Position numbers and translations under genes: made by a program | Part shown: piece after piece, positions 37,391 to 46,883 of the stretch | Numbering within the stretch: position 1 is the first letter of the stretch | Layout of the letters: every line of letters begins with the position of its first letter | From: an uncultured Candidatus Rokubacteria bacterium | Lineage (GTDB): Bacteria; Methylomirabilota; Methylomirabilia; Rokubacteriales; DASRDR01 | Length of the DNA: 64,000 nucleotides | Assembly: GCA_963826115.1 (NCBI GenBank) | Contig: CAWGVS010000006.1 | Coordinates: 832,001-896,000, forward strand | Reading direction: 5' to 3' | Notes under the pieces: generated by a model | Databases searched by the model: none | What the model was told of the DNA's origin: nothing | The model's input: the letters and a program-made list of their open reading frames with translations, nothing else

Positions 37391-39156
37391 TCACCGGCGC
37401 ACGGCCTCGACGGCCGGCGCCGTGACCGCGTCGAGGACCGGATCGGCCAGCACGGTGACCGGCACCGGGCGGCGGGGAGCCGGGGGGCAGGCGGCCGGCC
37501 GTCTCCTGAGACAGGCCGGCCCAGCGGCCGAGGAGCCCCGCCACGGTCGGGACGCAGAAGCGACCCTGGCAGAGCCCCATGCCCGCGCGGTCACCCGCGC
37601 GGACCTCGGTCATCCGGTGGGCGCCCTCCTCGATGGCGACGCGCACCTCGGCGCCCGAGACCTCCTCGCAGCGGCAGACGATCGTGTCGTCGGTGGCCAG
37701 CTCGTAGAGGCCCGCGCGCGGCGCGAGCACGCGCCCGAGCGTCCGCCGGAACGCGGCGAAGCGGCGGAGCGCGCGAAGCGCCGGCGCGGCCCGCTCCGGG
37801 CCCAGGCCGGATCGAGCCGCCCGACGTGGAGCGCGGCGCCCAGGCCCGCGAGCCGCCCCTGCTGCTCCGCGACGTCGGCGCCGCCGACGCCGGCGCCGTC
37901 GCCCGCCACGAAGACGCCCGGCGCCGACGTCGCCATGAGGCGCTCGGGATCGGCCACGGGGACCCAGCCGCCGCGGCTCGCGTCGTGGACGATCGCGCAT
38001 CCCGCGAGGTCGGCCAGCTCCGGCGAGGGGACCAGCCCGTAGCCGAGGACGACGGTGTCGACGTCGACCGTGCGCTCCGTCCCGGTGACCGGACGCCAGT
38101 CACGGTCGAGCCGCGCGAGGACCGCGCGCTCGACGCCCTCCGCGCCCTCGATCCGCACGAGGCCGGTCCGGGTCCACACCGGGGTGCGCCACAGGGCCCG
38201 CATCACCTCGAGCGTCTGGCTCACGACGCCCGGGCGGCGGAGGAGCCCGAGGAGCGCTCGTCGCGGCGCCGCCTCGGCGATCCCGACGACGCGCGCCCCG
38301 CCGTGGACGAGCGCGGTCGCGGCGGCAAGGAGGAGCGGACCGGTGCCCGCCAGGAGCACGCGCCGGCCGGGCAGGACGCGCTGGGCCTTGACCAGCGCGG
38401 TGACGCCGCCGGCGGTGACGACCCCGGGCAGCGTCCAGCCGGGCATCGCGGCGGGTCGGTCGTAGGCGCCGGTGGCCAGCACCAGCGCTCCCGGCCTGGA
38501 GCACGGCGGCCCCTCCCGCCTGGTGCAGGAGGAGCACGCGCTCCGGGAGCACGCCCCAGCACCTCGGCGCCCGACTGGAGGCGTCGCGCCGGCCCGCTCG
38601 AGGTCGGCGAGCAGCGGCGCGCTCTTCGGCGCGAGAGGCGGCCGAGCGGATCGCGCGGCGCGGGGCGGATCTCGGGCGGGAGCTGGCGGTAGATCTGGCC
38701 GCCGGGGCGCGGCGCCTCGTCGAGGAGCAGCACCTGGGCGCCGGCCGCGCGCGCCGCGATGGCGGCGCGGATGCCCGCCGGGCCGGCCCCCACGACGACG
38801 ACCTCGGCGACCCCGGGCCCGGTCACGGCGTCCGGGCGCCGCTCGAGCCCGCGCGCGGGTCCGAACCCGGGCTGGGTCTCGACGACCAGGCCCGCCCGCG
38901 CGGGCGCGAGGCACGTGCGGACGTTGGCCTGGCCGTCGACGATCATCCGGCAGTCGTGGCAAACGCCGATGGCGCAGAAGACGCCGCGGGGCGCGCCACG
39001 GTGGGCGGTGCGCCGCGCGGTGCGGCGGCCGGCGGCCAGGAGCGCGGTGGCGACCGTCTCGCCGGGATACGCGTCGATCGACTCGCCATCCACGGTCAGC
39101 GCGAAGGGCGCGCCCCGCGCGACGCCCTCGCCGACCCGCCGTCCCGTCGACCTCAT
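37391..39156 (-). CDS. Fused [2Fe-2S] + FAD/NAD oxidoreductase + BFD-like domain (opine oxidase/HcnAB/sarcosine oxidase alpha-like), frameshifted
   Basis: GETVATALL..FCAIGVCHDC..RTC, VVGAGPAG, PGGQIYR, ATGAYDRP..PGWTLPGV, VCRCEEV..GMGLCQGRFC. Confidence 0.8.
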
Positions 39157-39176
39157 GTCTCGCTCTCGATGAGAGG

Positions 39177-40274
39177 CTACTGGTGGACGACGACGCTGCG
39201 CTTCACCTCGCCCTGCAGCATGAGGTCGAAGGCGTGGTTCAGCTCGTCGAGCCCGACCCGCCGGCTGATCAGCTCCTCGATGCGATACTGGCCGCTCATG
39301 TAGAGGTCGATCAGCATCGGGACGTCGGTGCGCTGGTGCCCGGCCCCGAACGAGCTGCCGGTGAGGGTCCGCTGCTGGAGGAAGAGCATCGGGTCGATCG
39401 ACAGACGCGTCCCCGCCGGGCACACGCCGACCGCGACGCACGTGCCGCCCCGCCGCGTCGCCAGGAGCGCCTGCTCGATGGTCTTCTGGGTGCCGACCAC
39501 CTCGAACGCGAAGTCCACGCCGCCGGTGCCGCTGAGCGCCTGGACGCGCGCGACGGGATCCTCCTTCGAGGCGTCGACGACGTGCGTGGCCCCGAACTCC
39601 TCCGCCCACGCGAGCTTCTGGCGCATCACGTCCACGGCGATGATCCGCCCGGCGCCGACCAGGCGCGCGGCCTGGATCGTGTTGAGCCCGACGCCGCCAC
39701 AGCCCCAGACGGCGACGCTAGCGCCGGGCGGAACGCGGGCTCGGTTGAAGACGGGGCCCGCGCCGGCGAGGACGCCGCAGCTCACCAGGCACACGACGTC
39801 GAGCGGCGCGTCCTTCCTGACGGGGATGACGCTCTCCTCCGGTAACACGGCGTGGGTCGCGTAGCCGGAGACCTGGAGGAAGTGGTGGAGCGGCTGGCCG
39901 TTCCGCCGGAAGCGAGCCGTGCCGTCCATCATGAACCAGCGCGGCCGGTCGCGGAGCGCGCAGAGGGTCGGCTGGCCGTTGATGCAGTACCGGCACTTCC
40001 CGCACGAGGGGATGTAGCTCGAGCAGACGTGGTCGCCGGGTTTCACGGTCTCGACCGCAGCCCCCACGCGCTCGACGACGCCCGCCGCCTCGTGGCCCAG
40101 CACGACGGGCAGGGGATGGGGATAGTCGCCGGTGATCACGTGGTAGTCGCTGTGGCAGACGCCGTTCGCCGCCCACCGGACCAGCACCTCGTGCGAGCCC
40201 GGCTCCAGCACCTCGACGTCCTCGACGACGACCGGCTTGTGGACCTCGTACAGGACCGCGGCGCTCGCGCGCAT
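39177..40274 (-). CDS. Zn-dependent alcohol dehydrogenase (class III-like)
   Basis: AAGGAGG RBS; GVCHSD, GHE, CGKCRYC, GCGGVG. Confidence 0.92.
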   Translation of the reverse strand: MRASAAVLYEVHKPVVVEDVEVLEPGSHEVLVRWAANGVCHSDYHVITGDYPHPLPVVLGHEAAGVVERVGAAVETVKPGDHVCSSYIPSCGKCRYCINGQPTLCALRDRPRWFMMDGTARFRRNGQPLHHFLQVSGYATHAVLPEESVIPVRKDAPLDVVCLVSCGVLAGAGPVFNRARVPPGASVAVWGCGGVGLNTIQAARLVGAGRIIAVDVMRQKLAWAEEFGATHVVDASKEDPVARVQALSGTGGVDFAFEVVGTQKTIEQALLATRRGGTCVAVGVCPAGTRLSIDPMLFLQQRTLTGSSFGAGHQRTDVPMLIDLYMSGQYRIEELISRRVGLDELNHAFDLMLQGEVKRSVVVHQ

Positions 40275-40356
40275 GGGCTCCTCCTTCGGGTCTGGGACAG
40301 CGTCTCTCGTCATTCTGAACGAGTGGGGTGGCCCGGGGGAAGAGCGGTCCGGCGCC

Positions 40357-41193
40357 CTACCGGGCCAGGAAGCGTCGCACCTCTTCGCGCGCCGCGGCGG
40401 CGGACTCCGGATGGTGGCCGATGGGCCTGCCGTTGGGCAACCGCGTGAGCGCGGGCAGTTCGGGCACGTCGAACGCGTGGCGCGCGCCCGGGTACACGCG
40501 GACCTCGATCGGCTGGCCTTGGCCAAGCCGCGTGACGAGATCCTGGCACAGGAAGGGCGAGGCGACCTCGTCGCGACCGGCGAGGAGCATGAGCAGAGGA
40601 ATCCTCGACAGACCAGGGTGTGTGGATGCCCGAGCATCCCGGGTAGTACGCGATCGCCCGCCGGAACGGGGCGGGTCGGTCAGCCGGCAACGCCGCGATC
40701 GCGGCCAGGATTCCACTGCCTCCCTGGACCAGCCGATGACGCTGACGTCGGAGGCCCGGACGAACGGCTGGGCGCTCGCGTACGCCGCCGCCGCGAGGAT
40801 GTCAGGCACCACGTCGGTCGGATGGATTGTGCCGCCGCAGACCTTGCGGCCGCGAGCACCGAGGTAGTCCACAAAGACGACGACGAACCCCTCCGCCGCG
40901 AACATCCGGGCCTCGCGTGGGTAGCTGTCGGGCGCCGCGTCCGGGGCGAAGCCGCTGCAGCCCGACACGAACAGGAGGGCCGGGTGCGGCCCCGGACCCT
41001 GTGGCATGACGACACGATAGGGCGCCGCGGGATCCGTTTGGCTCCAGCCGGGCAGCGGCGCAGCGAGGGCACTCGCGAGGAGCGCCGTCGCAGCAAGAGC
41101 CCGCGGGACGGCCCGCCCGGGCTCGGCGACGGGCTGCCCTCGTGAGCCTGCCGGGACGCAGCTCGAGAGCGCGGTCGTCGCCAGCCCGAGCAC
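40357..41193 (-). CDS. Dienelactone hydrolase family protein (compensating frameshifts ~40600-40725; start uncertain)
   Basis: GPHPALLFVSGCSG, IGWS, AYYPGC (alternate frame), GRDE, VYPGARHAFD. Confidence 0.75.
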   Translation of the reverse strand: MLGLATTALSSCVPAGSRGQPVAEPGRAVPRALAATALLASALAAPLPGWSQTDPAAPYRVVMPQGPGPHPALLFVSGCSGFAPDAAPDSYPREARMFAAEGFVVVFVDYLGARGRKVCGGTIHPTDVVPDILAAAAYASAQPFVRASDVSVIGWSREAVESWPRSRRCRLTDPPRSGGRSRTTRDARASTHPGLSRIPLLMLLAGRDEVASPFLCQDLVTRLGQGQPIEVRVYPGARHAFDVPELPALTRLPNGRPIGHHPESAAAAREEVRRFLAR

Positions 41194-41204
41194 GGAGACG
41201 ACCG

Positions 41205-41759
41205 CTACTTCACCGGGATCATCAGGTGCTGGTACGGCGTGCCGGGCCACATCACGTACGGCTTCTTCGGATCGTCGGCGGTCTTCGGGTAGGCATCCGC
41301 CATCGAACCCGGGTTCAACACCATCACGTGGGCGCCCGTGTCGACCCACTTCTTCCCCGCGGCCGGCTTGGTCGCGTAGGGATCGTCGTTGCTCGCATCC
41401 GATCCGCCCATCAGCATGTAACCGAACCCGACTCCGGGCGGCGGCGTGCCCTTGGTCATCCACGCGTGGGCCCACTCCATGCCGGCCTTGTCGAGGCACA
41501 TGGGGTCGTTGCCCGGCGTCGTCGGGTTGTCGGGCATGCAGGTGAACGTCCCCTTGCCCTCGCGGAGGACCTTCATCTTGCCCTGCGCGTCGATGTCCAT
41601 GATCGTCGCGTCCTGCGCGACGGCCTTGGGCGCCGCCGACATCGCGTTGGCGATCTTCTCCTTGTCGGTCTTCGGCGGGGCGTGCTTGGGCTGCGCGGCG
41701 GCGAGGCCGGCCAGCGCCACCACGGACACGAGGGCGATCGAGACACGGCGCATCGTCAT
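41205..41759 (-). CDS. Hypothetical secreted protein
   Basis: AGGAGG RBS, signal peptide; AMSAAP, LREG..FTCMP, PMCLD, YMLMGG.DASNDDP, PYVMWPGTPYQHLMIP. Confidence 0.8.
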   Translation of the reverse strand: MTMRRVSIALVSVVALAGLAAAQPKHAPPKTDKEKIANAMSAAPKAVAQDATIMDIDAQGKMKVLREGKGTFTCMPDNPTTPGNDPMCLDKAGMEWAHAWMTKGTPPPGVGFGYMLMGGSDASNDDPYATKPAAGKKWVDTGAHVMVLNPGSMADAYPKTADDPKKPYVMWPGTPYQHLMIPVK

Positions 41760-41897
41760 GAGGCACCTCCTGGGTGAGCGTGAAGGCCATCGGGCGGGAA
41801 CCACTGAGCGAGACGAAGACTCATGGTCCGTCGCCCACGATGATAGTGCCGGGGGCGATCGGGTTGGTCGGGGCGTTCCCTGACAGATGCACGCGGG

Positions 41898-42872
41898 CTA
41901 GCCGAGCGTCTCCGCGATGCGGACCAGCTCCTCGTACTCCTGCATCCAGTAGCGGTGATCGTGGAAGCTCGGGAAGGCCGGGGGGAAGGAGGGGTCCTCC
42001 CAGCGCCTGGCGATCCAGCCCGACATGTACACGATGCGCATGGCCCGGAGGGGTTCGACCAGCGCGAGGGTCGAGCGGTCGAACTCCCGGAAGACCTCGT
42101 AGCCCTCGAGCAGGTCCTCGCGCGCCTTCTTGGCTTCCTCGTCGAGGCCGCGGGCGAGGAGCCAGAGATCCTGGACGGGCGGGCCCATCAGGCAGTCGTC
42201 GAAGTCCACCAGCACCGGCCCGGGCGTCCAGAGGATGTTCCCGTAGTGGAGGTCGCCGTGGATGCGCTGGGGCGTGACGGCACCGAGATCCGCCGCCACG
42301 GCGTCGGCGATCCGGAGGGCGACCTCCCGGTAGCGCGGCCCCAGGTTCTCCGGCCAGAACCGGCCCTTCGTCAGGACCTCGAGCGGCTCGTGGATGTACC
42401 GCTCGAGCGTCAGCTTCGCGCGGTGGGGCGCGGGGCGCGCGGCGCCGATGGCATGCATCCGGCCGATCGTGCGGCCGATGTGGCGGCGCTTCTCGGCGTC
42501 GAGCTCGTCGAGGGTCCGCCCCCGGATCTTGGGAAACGCCGCGTACAGGATGCCCTCGATCTCGTTGAGGGTCTGGCCGGTCCCGAGGTCGAGCGGCGCC
42601 ACCGCGGGCAGCTCGGCGGCCGCCAGGTCCAGCAGGAAGCCGTGCTCGTCGAGGATCGTCTCGCGCGTCCAGCGGCCGGGCCGGTAGAACTTGACGACCA
42701 GGCGGCGCTGGTCGTCCAGCTCCACCTCGTAGACGCGGTTCTCGAAGGCGCGAAGCGGGAGGCAGCGGCCCGTGCTCCGGAGCCCGCCCGCCTCGACGGC
42801 GTCGAGGACGCGCTCGGGCGTGAGGGAGAAGAACGACGCGTGGGGCGCTCGAGCCTTCGCCTTCCTGGCCAT
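41898..42872 (-). CDS. srkA: Stress response Ser/Thr kinase SrkA/RdoA
   Basis: FENRVY, KFYRPGRW, EHGF, IHGDLHYGN, DFDD, QDLW, WIARRWEDPSFP. Confidence 0.9.
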   Translation of the reverse strand: MARKAKARAPHASFFSLTPERVLDAVEAGGLRSTGRCLPLRAFENRVYEVELDDQRRLVVKFYRPGRWTRETILDEHGFLLDLAAAELPAVAPLDLGTGQTLNEIEGILYAAFPKIRGRTLDELDAEKRRHIGRTIGRMHAIGAARPAPHRAKLTLERYIHEPLEVLTKGRFWPENLGPRYREVALRIADAVAADLGAVTPQRIHGDLHYGNILWTPGPVLVDFDDCLMGPPVQDLWLLARGLDEEAKKAREDLLEGYEVFREFDRSTLALVEPLRAMRIVYMSGWIARRWEDPSFPPAFPSFHDHRYWMQEYEELVRIAETLG

Positions 42873-42991
42873 GGAAGATCGAGTGTACCCCACGGGGTCT
42901 CGGGGCCGCGGCGTCAATCGGGACGGCAAGATGGCGCGTGCCCGACTATCCCGGCCGGCTCGGCCGTCTGACAGACAGGGAGGGGACGCGC

Positions 42992-45034
42992 ATGCGGACG
43001 GGCACGGTCATCGGAGCGGGCATCCTGGCGACGGTCCTGGCTATCGGGTCCGGGCCTGCTGCTCGGGCGGACGAGCCGCCGGATCCCCGGTTCGAGGAGG
43101 CGCCGCCCCGGCTGAGCCTCATCGACGGGCAGGTCTCGTTCTGGCGGCCGGGCGCGCCGGATTGGACCCAGGCGCAGCTCAACATGCCGCTCGCCCCCGG
43201 CGACGCGCTCTCCACGGGCTTGCCGGGCACGCTCGAGGTCCAGGTGGGCGCGCGGGCCTTCGTCCGGGCGTGGGCGAACACGCAGCTCGCGCTCGGCGCC
43301 CACGACCCGAGCTTCCTTCAGCTCACGCTGGCGGCCGGCAGCGCGGTCATCGACCTCCGCGCGCTGGACCCGGGCGACACGGTGGAGGTCGACACGCCCA
43401 ACGCGGCGGTCGTGATCCAGCAGGCGGGGTATTACCGCGTGGACGTCACCGGACAGCGCTCGCGGGTGATGACGCGCGGCGGCGGGCGGGCCGCGGTCAC
43501 GGCGACCGGCGGCCAGCCTGTCGCGGTGACGCCGAGCGAGGAGCTGGTGGTCGAGGGGACGGCCAGCCCTCAGCTCGCGGCGTACGCCGCGCCGCCGCTC
43601 GACGACTGGGACCGCTGGAACTACGCGCGGACGGACGGGATCCTCGACGCGGTGAGCGCGCGCTACGTCACCCCGGGCACGTACGGGCTCAGCGATCTCG
43701 ATCCGTACGGCACGTGGCGCGTCGTCCCGGCCTACGGGCCGGTCTGGGTGCCGACGGGCGTGCCCGCCGGCTGGACGCCGTACAGCACGGGCTCGTGGAT
43801 CCTCGACCCGGGGTACGGCTGGACGTGGGTGGACGCGGCCCCGTGGGGCTGGGCGCCCTACCATCACGGGCGCTGGTGCTACGTGGACGGCTACTGGGCG
43901 TGGGCCCCGGGCCCCGTGCTGGCGCGCCAGGTCTACGCGCCCGCGCTCGTGGCGTTCCTCGGCGAGCCCGGCGGGGTCGTGGTGGGGCCGGGTGGTCCGC
44001 CGGTGGGCTGGGTGGCGCTCGGCTGGGGCGAGCCGGTCATTCCCTGGTGGGGCCCGCGCGGCCGGCCTCGCGCACCGTCTTGGCGCGGCTGGGGTGGCCC
44101 GCGCGTCGTGAACAACGTGGTGGTGACGAACGCCACCGCGATCAACGCCCCGAGCATCACGGTGTACCGGAACGCGGTCGTGCCGCACGCGGTCGTGGCG
44201 GTCGACCGCGAGCGCTTCGGCCACGGGCCGGTCACGGGTCGACGGATCGTGCAGGTCGACCCCCAGCGGCTCCGGCCGATGCCGGGCGCGCCCGAGGTGT
44301 CGACGCCCAGCGTCGTGCCGACGGCAAGGCGGGGCGTCCGACCGCCCGAGGCCGCGGTGAAGCGCCTCGAGATCGCGCCCGAGCGTCTGCGACGCGAGCG
44401 CGAGGCGACGGCCGCGCCGCCGGCGAGCCCGGTGGTCACGAACCCCGCGCTGCGCGAGCCGGCCGCGCCGCTCCCGCGCCCGTCATTCGGTCGCGGGACG
44501 CCCGAGCGGCCGATGGTGGATCGCCGGACGCTGCCCGGGCCGCCGCGAGCTCACGCGAGCCCGCCGGTGATTCCCGCCACCGCATCGCCGCCCAAGCACG
44601 AAGGCGCGAAGACGCCGGCAGGGCCGCCGCTCCAGCCCGCGCCGCGCCCGAGCCTTGCGCCGACGCCCGGGCCGAGCGGGGCGCCGCCGTCGATTCGATC
44701 CGGGCCCGGCCCGTCGGTGGCCCGTCCGGCGCCGGTCCCGCCGGACGTCGGGAAGGGGCACGGATCACCGCCGCCCGCGGTCCGCGCGGTCCCCGTGACG
44801 CCGGGCGGGCCCGCGCGCGTGGAGGCGCCGAAGCCCAGTGGCGCGCGCGGCCCGGGATCTCCGGCGCCCACCGCGTATCCCGGCGGCGGCCACTCGAATC
44901 CGGCGACGGTGCGGTCCGGGCCGGCGCGCCAGCCGGCGCAGCCCTTGCCGGGGGAGCCCGCGAACCGCATGGCGCCCGGCCGGGGACCGCGCGGCCCGGC
45001 GCGCCCCGACCAGTCGCAGGGTCAGTCGAAGTAG
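42992..45034 (+). CDS. Secreted FecR-like/DUF6600 protein with long Pro-rich tail
   Basis: Signal peptide; RLSLIDGQVSF, VDTPN, GYYRVD, DLDPYGTW, PWGWAPYHHGRW, YAPALVAF, VGWVALG. Confidence 0.8.
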   Translation: MRTGTVIGAGILATVLAIGSGPAARADEPPDPRFEEAPPRLSLIDGQVSFWRPGAPDWTQAQLNMPLAPGDALSTGLPGTLEVQVGARAFVRAWANTQLALGAHDPSFLQLTLAAGSAVIDLRALDPGDTVEVDTPNAAVVIQQAGYYRVDVTGQRSRVMTRGGGRAAVTATGGQPVAVTPSEELVVEGTASPQLAAYAAPPLDDWDRWNYARTDGILDAVSARYVTPGTYGLSDLDPYGTWRVVPAYGPVWVPTGVPAGWTPYSTGSWILDPGYGWTWVDAAPWGWAPYHHGRWCYVDGYWAWAPGPVLARQVYAPALVAFLGEPGGVVVGPGGPPVGWVALGWGEPVIPWWGPRGRPRAPSWRGWGGPRVVNNVVVTNATAINAPSITVYRNAVVPHAVVAVDRERFGHGPVTGRRIVQVDPQRLRPMPGAPEVSTPSVVPTARRGVRPPEAAVKRLEIAPERLRREREATAAPPASPVVTNPALREPAAPLPRPSFGRGTPERPMVDRRTLPGPPRAHASPPVIPATASPPKHEGAKTPAGPPLQPAPRPSLAPTPGPSGAPPSIRSGPGPSVARPAPVPPDVGKGHGSPPPAVRAVPVTPGGPARVEAPKPSGARGPGSPAPTAYPGGGHSNPATVRSGPARQPAQPLPGEPANRMAPGRGPRGPARPDQSQGQSK

Positions 45035-45035
45035 G

Positions 45036-45578
45036 TCAGCCCGCCGAGGCGGACGAGAATCCCTGGGGCGCGAGCCGGAACGCCTTCGCGAACTTGCTGG
45101 CGAAGGTCTGATAGCCGACGATGAACGTCAGCTCGACGACCTCCGCGTCCGAGAAGTGCTCCCGGAGGCGCGCGCGGCACCCGTCGGACACCTCGAGGTC
45201 GTCCCGCGTGATCCGCTCGCAGAATTCGAGCGCGGCGCGCTCGCGAGCCGTGAAGTGCGGGCTCTCCCGGTACCGCCCGAGGTCGGCGAGCGCCTCGGTG
45301 GCCACCCCGCTTCTCACGCCGACGGCGTGGCGGATGTCCATTCAGTAGGGCACGCCGTAGAGCGTCGCGACCTGGAGGTTGAGCAGCGCGCGGAGCCGGG
45401 CGTCGATCGTCCCCAGCCACTCGATGGCGCCGTAGAGCACCCCCATCCCGAGCATGAGGGGCAGCCGGTGAGCCATGAGCCGCTGCGGGGTCGGCACCTG
45501 GCCGAACATCCGCGCGCCGATCCGGAAGAAGAGTCTTGCCGCGATACCCGGGCCCTCGATCGTCTCGATCCGTGTCAT
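45036..45578 (-). CDS. AhpD/carboxymuconolactone decarboxylase family protein with in-frame UGA (probable selenoprotein)
   Basis: ORFs 45342-45584 and 45036-45341 are in one frame separated only by TGA: VATLYGVPY*MDI...FTARERAALEFCERIT...HFSDAEVVELT; AAGGAGG RBS favours ATG 45578. Confidence 0.8.
45304..45335 (-). promoter_or_regulatory. Candidate bacterial SECIS hairpin
   Basis: After UGA: AUCCGC-CACGCC-GUC-GGCGUG-AGAA-GCGGGGU; apical loop starts with G after an 18-nt spacer. Confidence 0.65.
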
Positions 45579-45728
45579 CGCCATCCTCCTTCGCCGCCGC
45601 GGCCGAGTGCGGGCCGAGGATTCAGCGGAGCCTGACCGCCTCCGTCATCGTGGGCGGCGCCTCGCTCACGACCCGCCTCGCCGCCGGCACATCGACTCCA
45701 CTATGCGCCTGGCCGGCGTGCAAGGGAA

Positions 45729-45794
45729 CGGTCAGGCGCTCCAGATCGTCTGGCTGCCTTCGATGAAGAGCGACGCACCGGGGACGAGCCACGA
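45729..45794. repeat. Direct repeat copy 1 (degenerate copy of SDR gene 3' end)
   Basis: 59/66 identical to 46884-46949 by manual alignment; first 26 bp identical. Confidence 0.9.
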
Positions 45795-46772
45795 GGAGCG
45801 GGCCGGCGTGCTTCCGGGCGCGCGAGGCGGCGGGCCGCACGACGGCCCACCCGTCCCCACTCGATGCTCGGGAAAGCGCGCCAGCAAGTCGAGGATCTGC
45901 TCGCACGCCGTCGGCTGGCCGCTCGGCGGCGTGATTCCCTTCATGTGCAGCGCGAGGAGCCACGCGTGCAGGTTGTGGACGGCCTCCCGCTCCGTCGAAC
46001 CCTTGACTCGAACGAGGATCTCCACGGCCTTGGCGTTCGCCTCGAGGCTCTGCTGCCGTTGCTGCCGCTGATAGTCGTCCAGCGAAGCGGCGGACCGGAT
46101 GCGTGGAGCGAGCTGGAGCGCCAGCACCTTGGCGATGAGCGGGTCTTGCGTCGGCGCGCCGAGCATTCGGGGATCCACGTGCAATCGTCCGAGGCTGTAG
46201 GAGACTCCGACGTTGGCGAGCGACGCGAGGTTCGTCGAGGCCAGCGGCATCACGACCACCTCGACCGTCAGCGGCGGCTTGTACTCGCTGACGAACCCGT
46301 TCACCAGCCGGCGGACGTCCGCGAGGGCCCCGCGCTGCGCCTCGGTGAGCGATGCCTCGGCCGCCGGCAAGGGCACGTCCGGCGGCGGGGCGAGTGGGAT
46401 GCGGGGCGCGGTCGCCTGGGGGACGACGGGCGGCGGCGGCGCTCCGAGCGTCATCGTCGGCGGCGGCGCCGCGGCCGGGCAGGGCTCCGTCGGCGGAGCC
46501 TCTTCGATCCGCACGACCTGGTCCCGCGGCACGCGGATGGCCACGCCACCGCGCGTGACGATCACGGCGTCCTCCGCTGTCCAATGACACTCGATCGCCA
46601 GCATCCCTGTGCGCAGGTGGAGGGTGGCCCCCTCGGCTCGGGCGAACGGACCGCATAGGAGCGCCATCCCGAGCAACCCCAGGGGCGCAACGGCGGCGGC
46701 GTGGCTCCGTGAGTCCGGTCGACGCAGACGCATCGCTGGGTCCTCCTCGCACCGGGCTTGCCCGGTGACCAT
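45732..46772 (-). CDS. Hypothetical (likely secreted) protein with degenerate M48-peptidase-like region
   Basis: Hydrophobic N-region, Pro-rich linker, LIAKVLAL...SLEANAKAVEILVRVKG; last ~20 codons derive from the repeat. Confidence 0.6.
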   Translation of the reverse strand: MVTGQARCEEDPAMRLRRPDSRSHAAAVAPLGLLGMALLCGPFARAEGATLHLRTGMLAIECHWTAEDAVIVTRGGVAIRVPRDQVVRIEEAPPTEPCPAAAPPPTMTLGAPPPPVVPQATAPRIPLAPPPDVPLPAAEASLTEAQRGALADVRRLVNGFVSEYKPPLTVEVVVMPLASTNLASLANVGVSYSLGRLHVDPRMLGAPTQDPLIAKVLALQLAPRIRSAASLDDYQRQQRQQSLEANAKAVEILVRVKGSTEREAVHNLHAWLLALHMKGITPPSGQPTACEQILDLLARFPEHRVGTGGPSCGPPPRAPGSTPARSSWLVPGASLFIEGSQTIWSA

Positions 46773-46883
46773 CGGAGGGGAGCAATCGCGGTGCCATCGA
46801 GTCCTTCAACGAAGTCGCGCACTTCCGGCCTTCAAGGCCGGGGAGACCGCTTATGGGTGGGGGAATCCTCGGCGACCGTCGCC

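Noticed and set aside
31350-38650. Mass pseudogenisation or programmed frameshifting
   Set aside because: Dense single-base indels across many unrelated genes, worsening toward 35.7-36.7 kb, fit low-coverage long-read error better.
40600-40725. Dual-frame coding in the dienelactone hydrolase gene
   Set aside because: Two compensating indels: the alternate frame restores GWSxGG and AYYPGC, so this is probably sequencing error.
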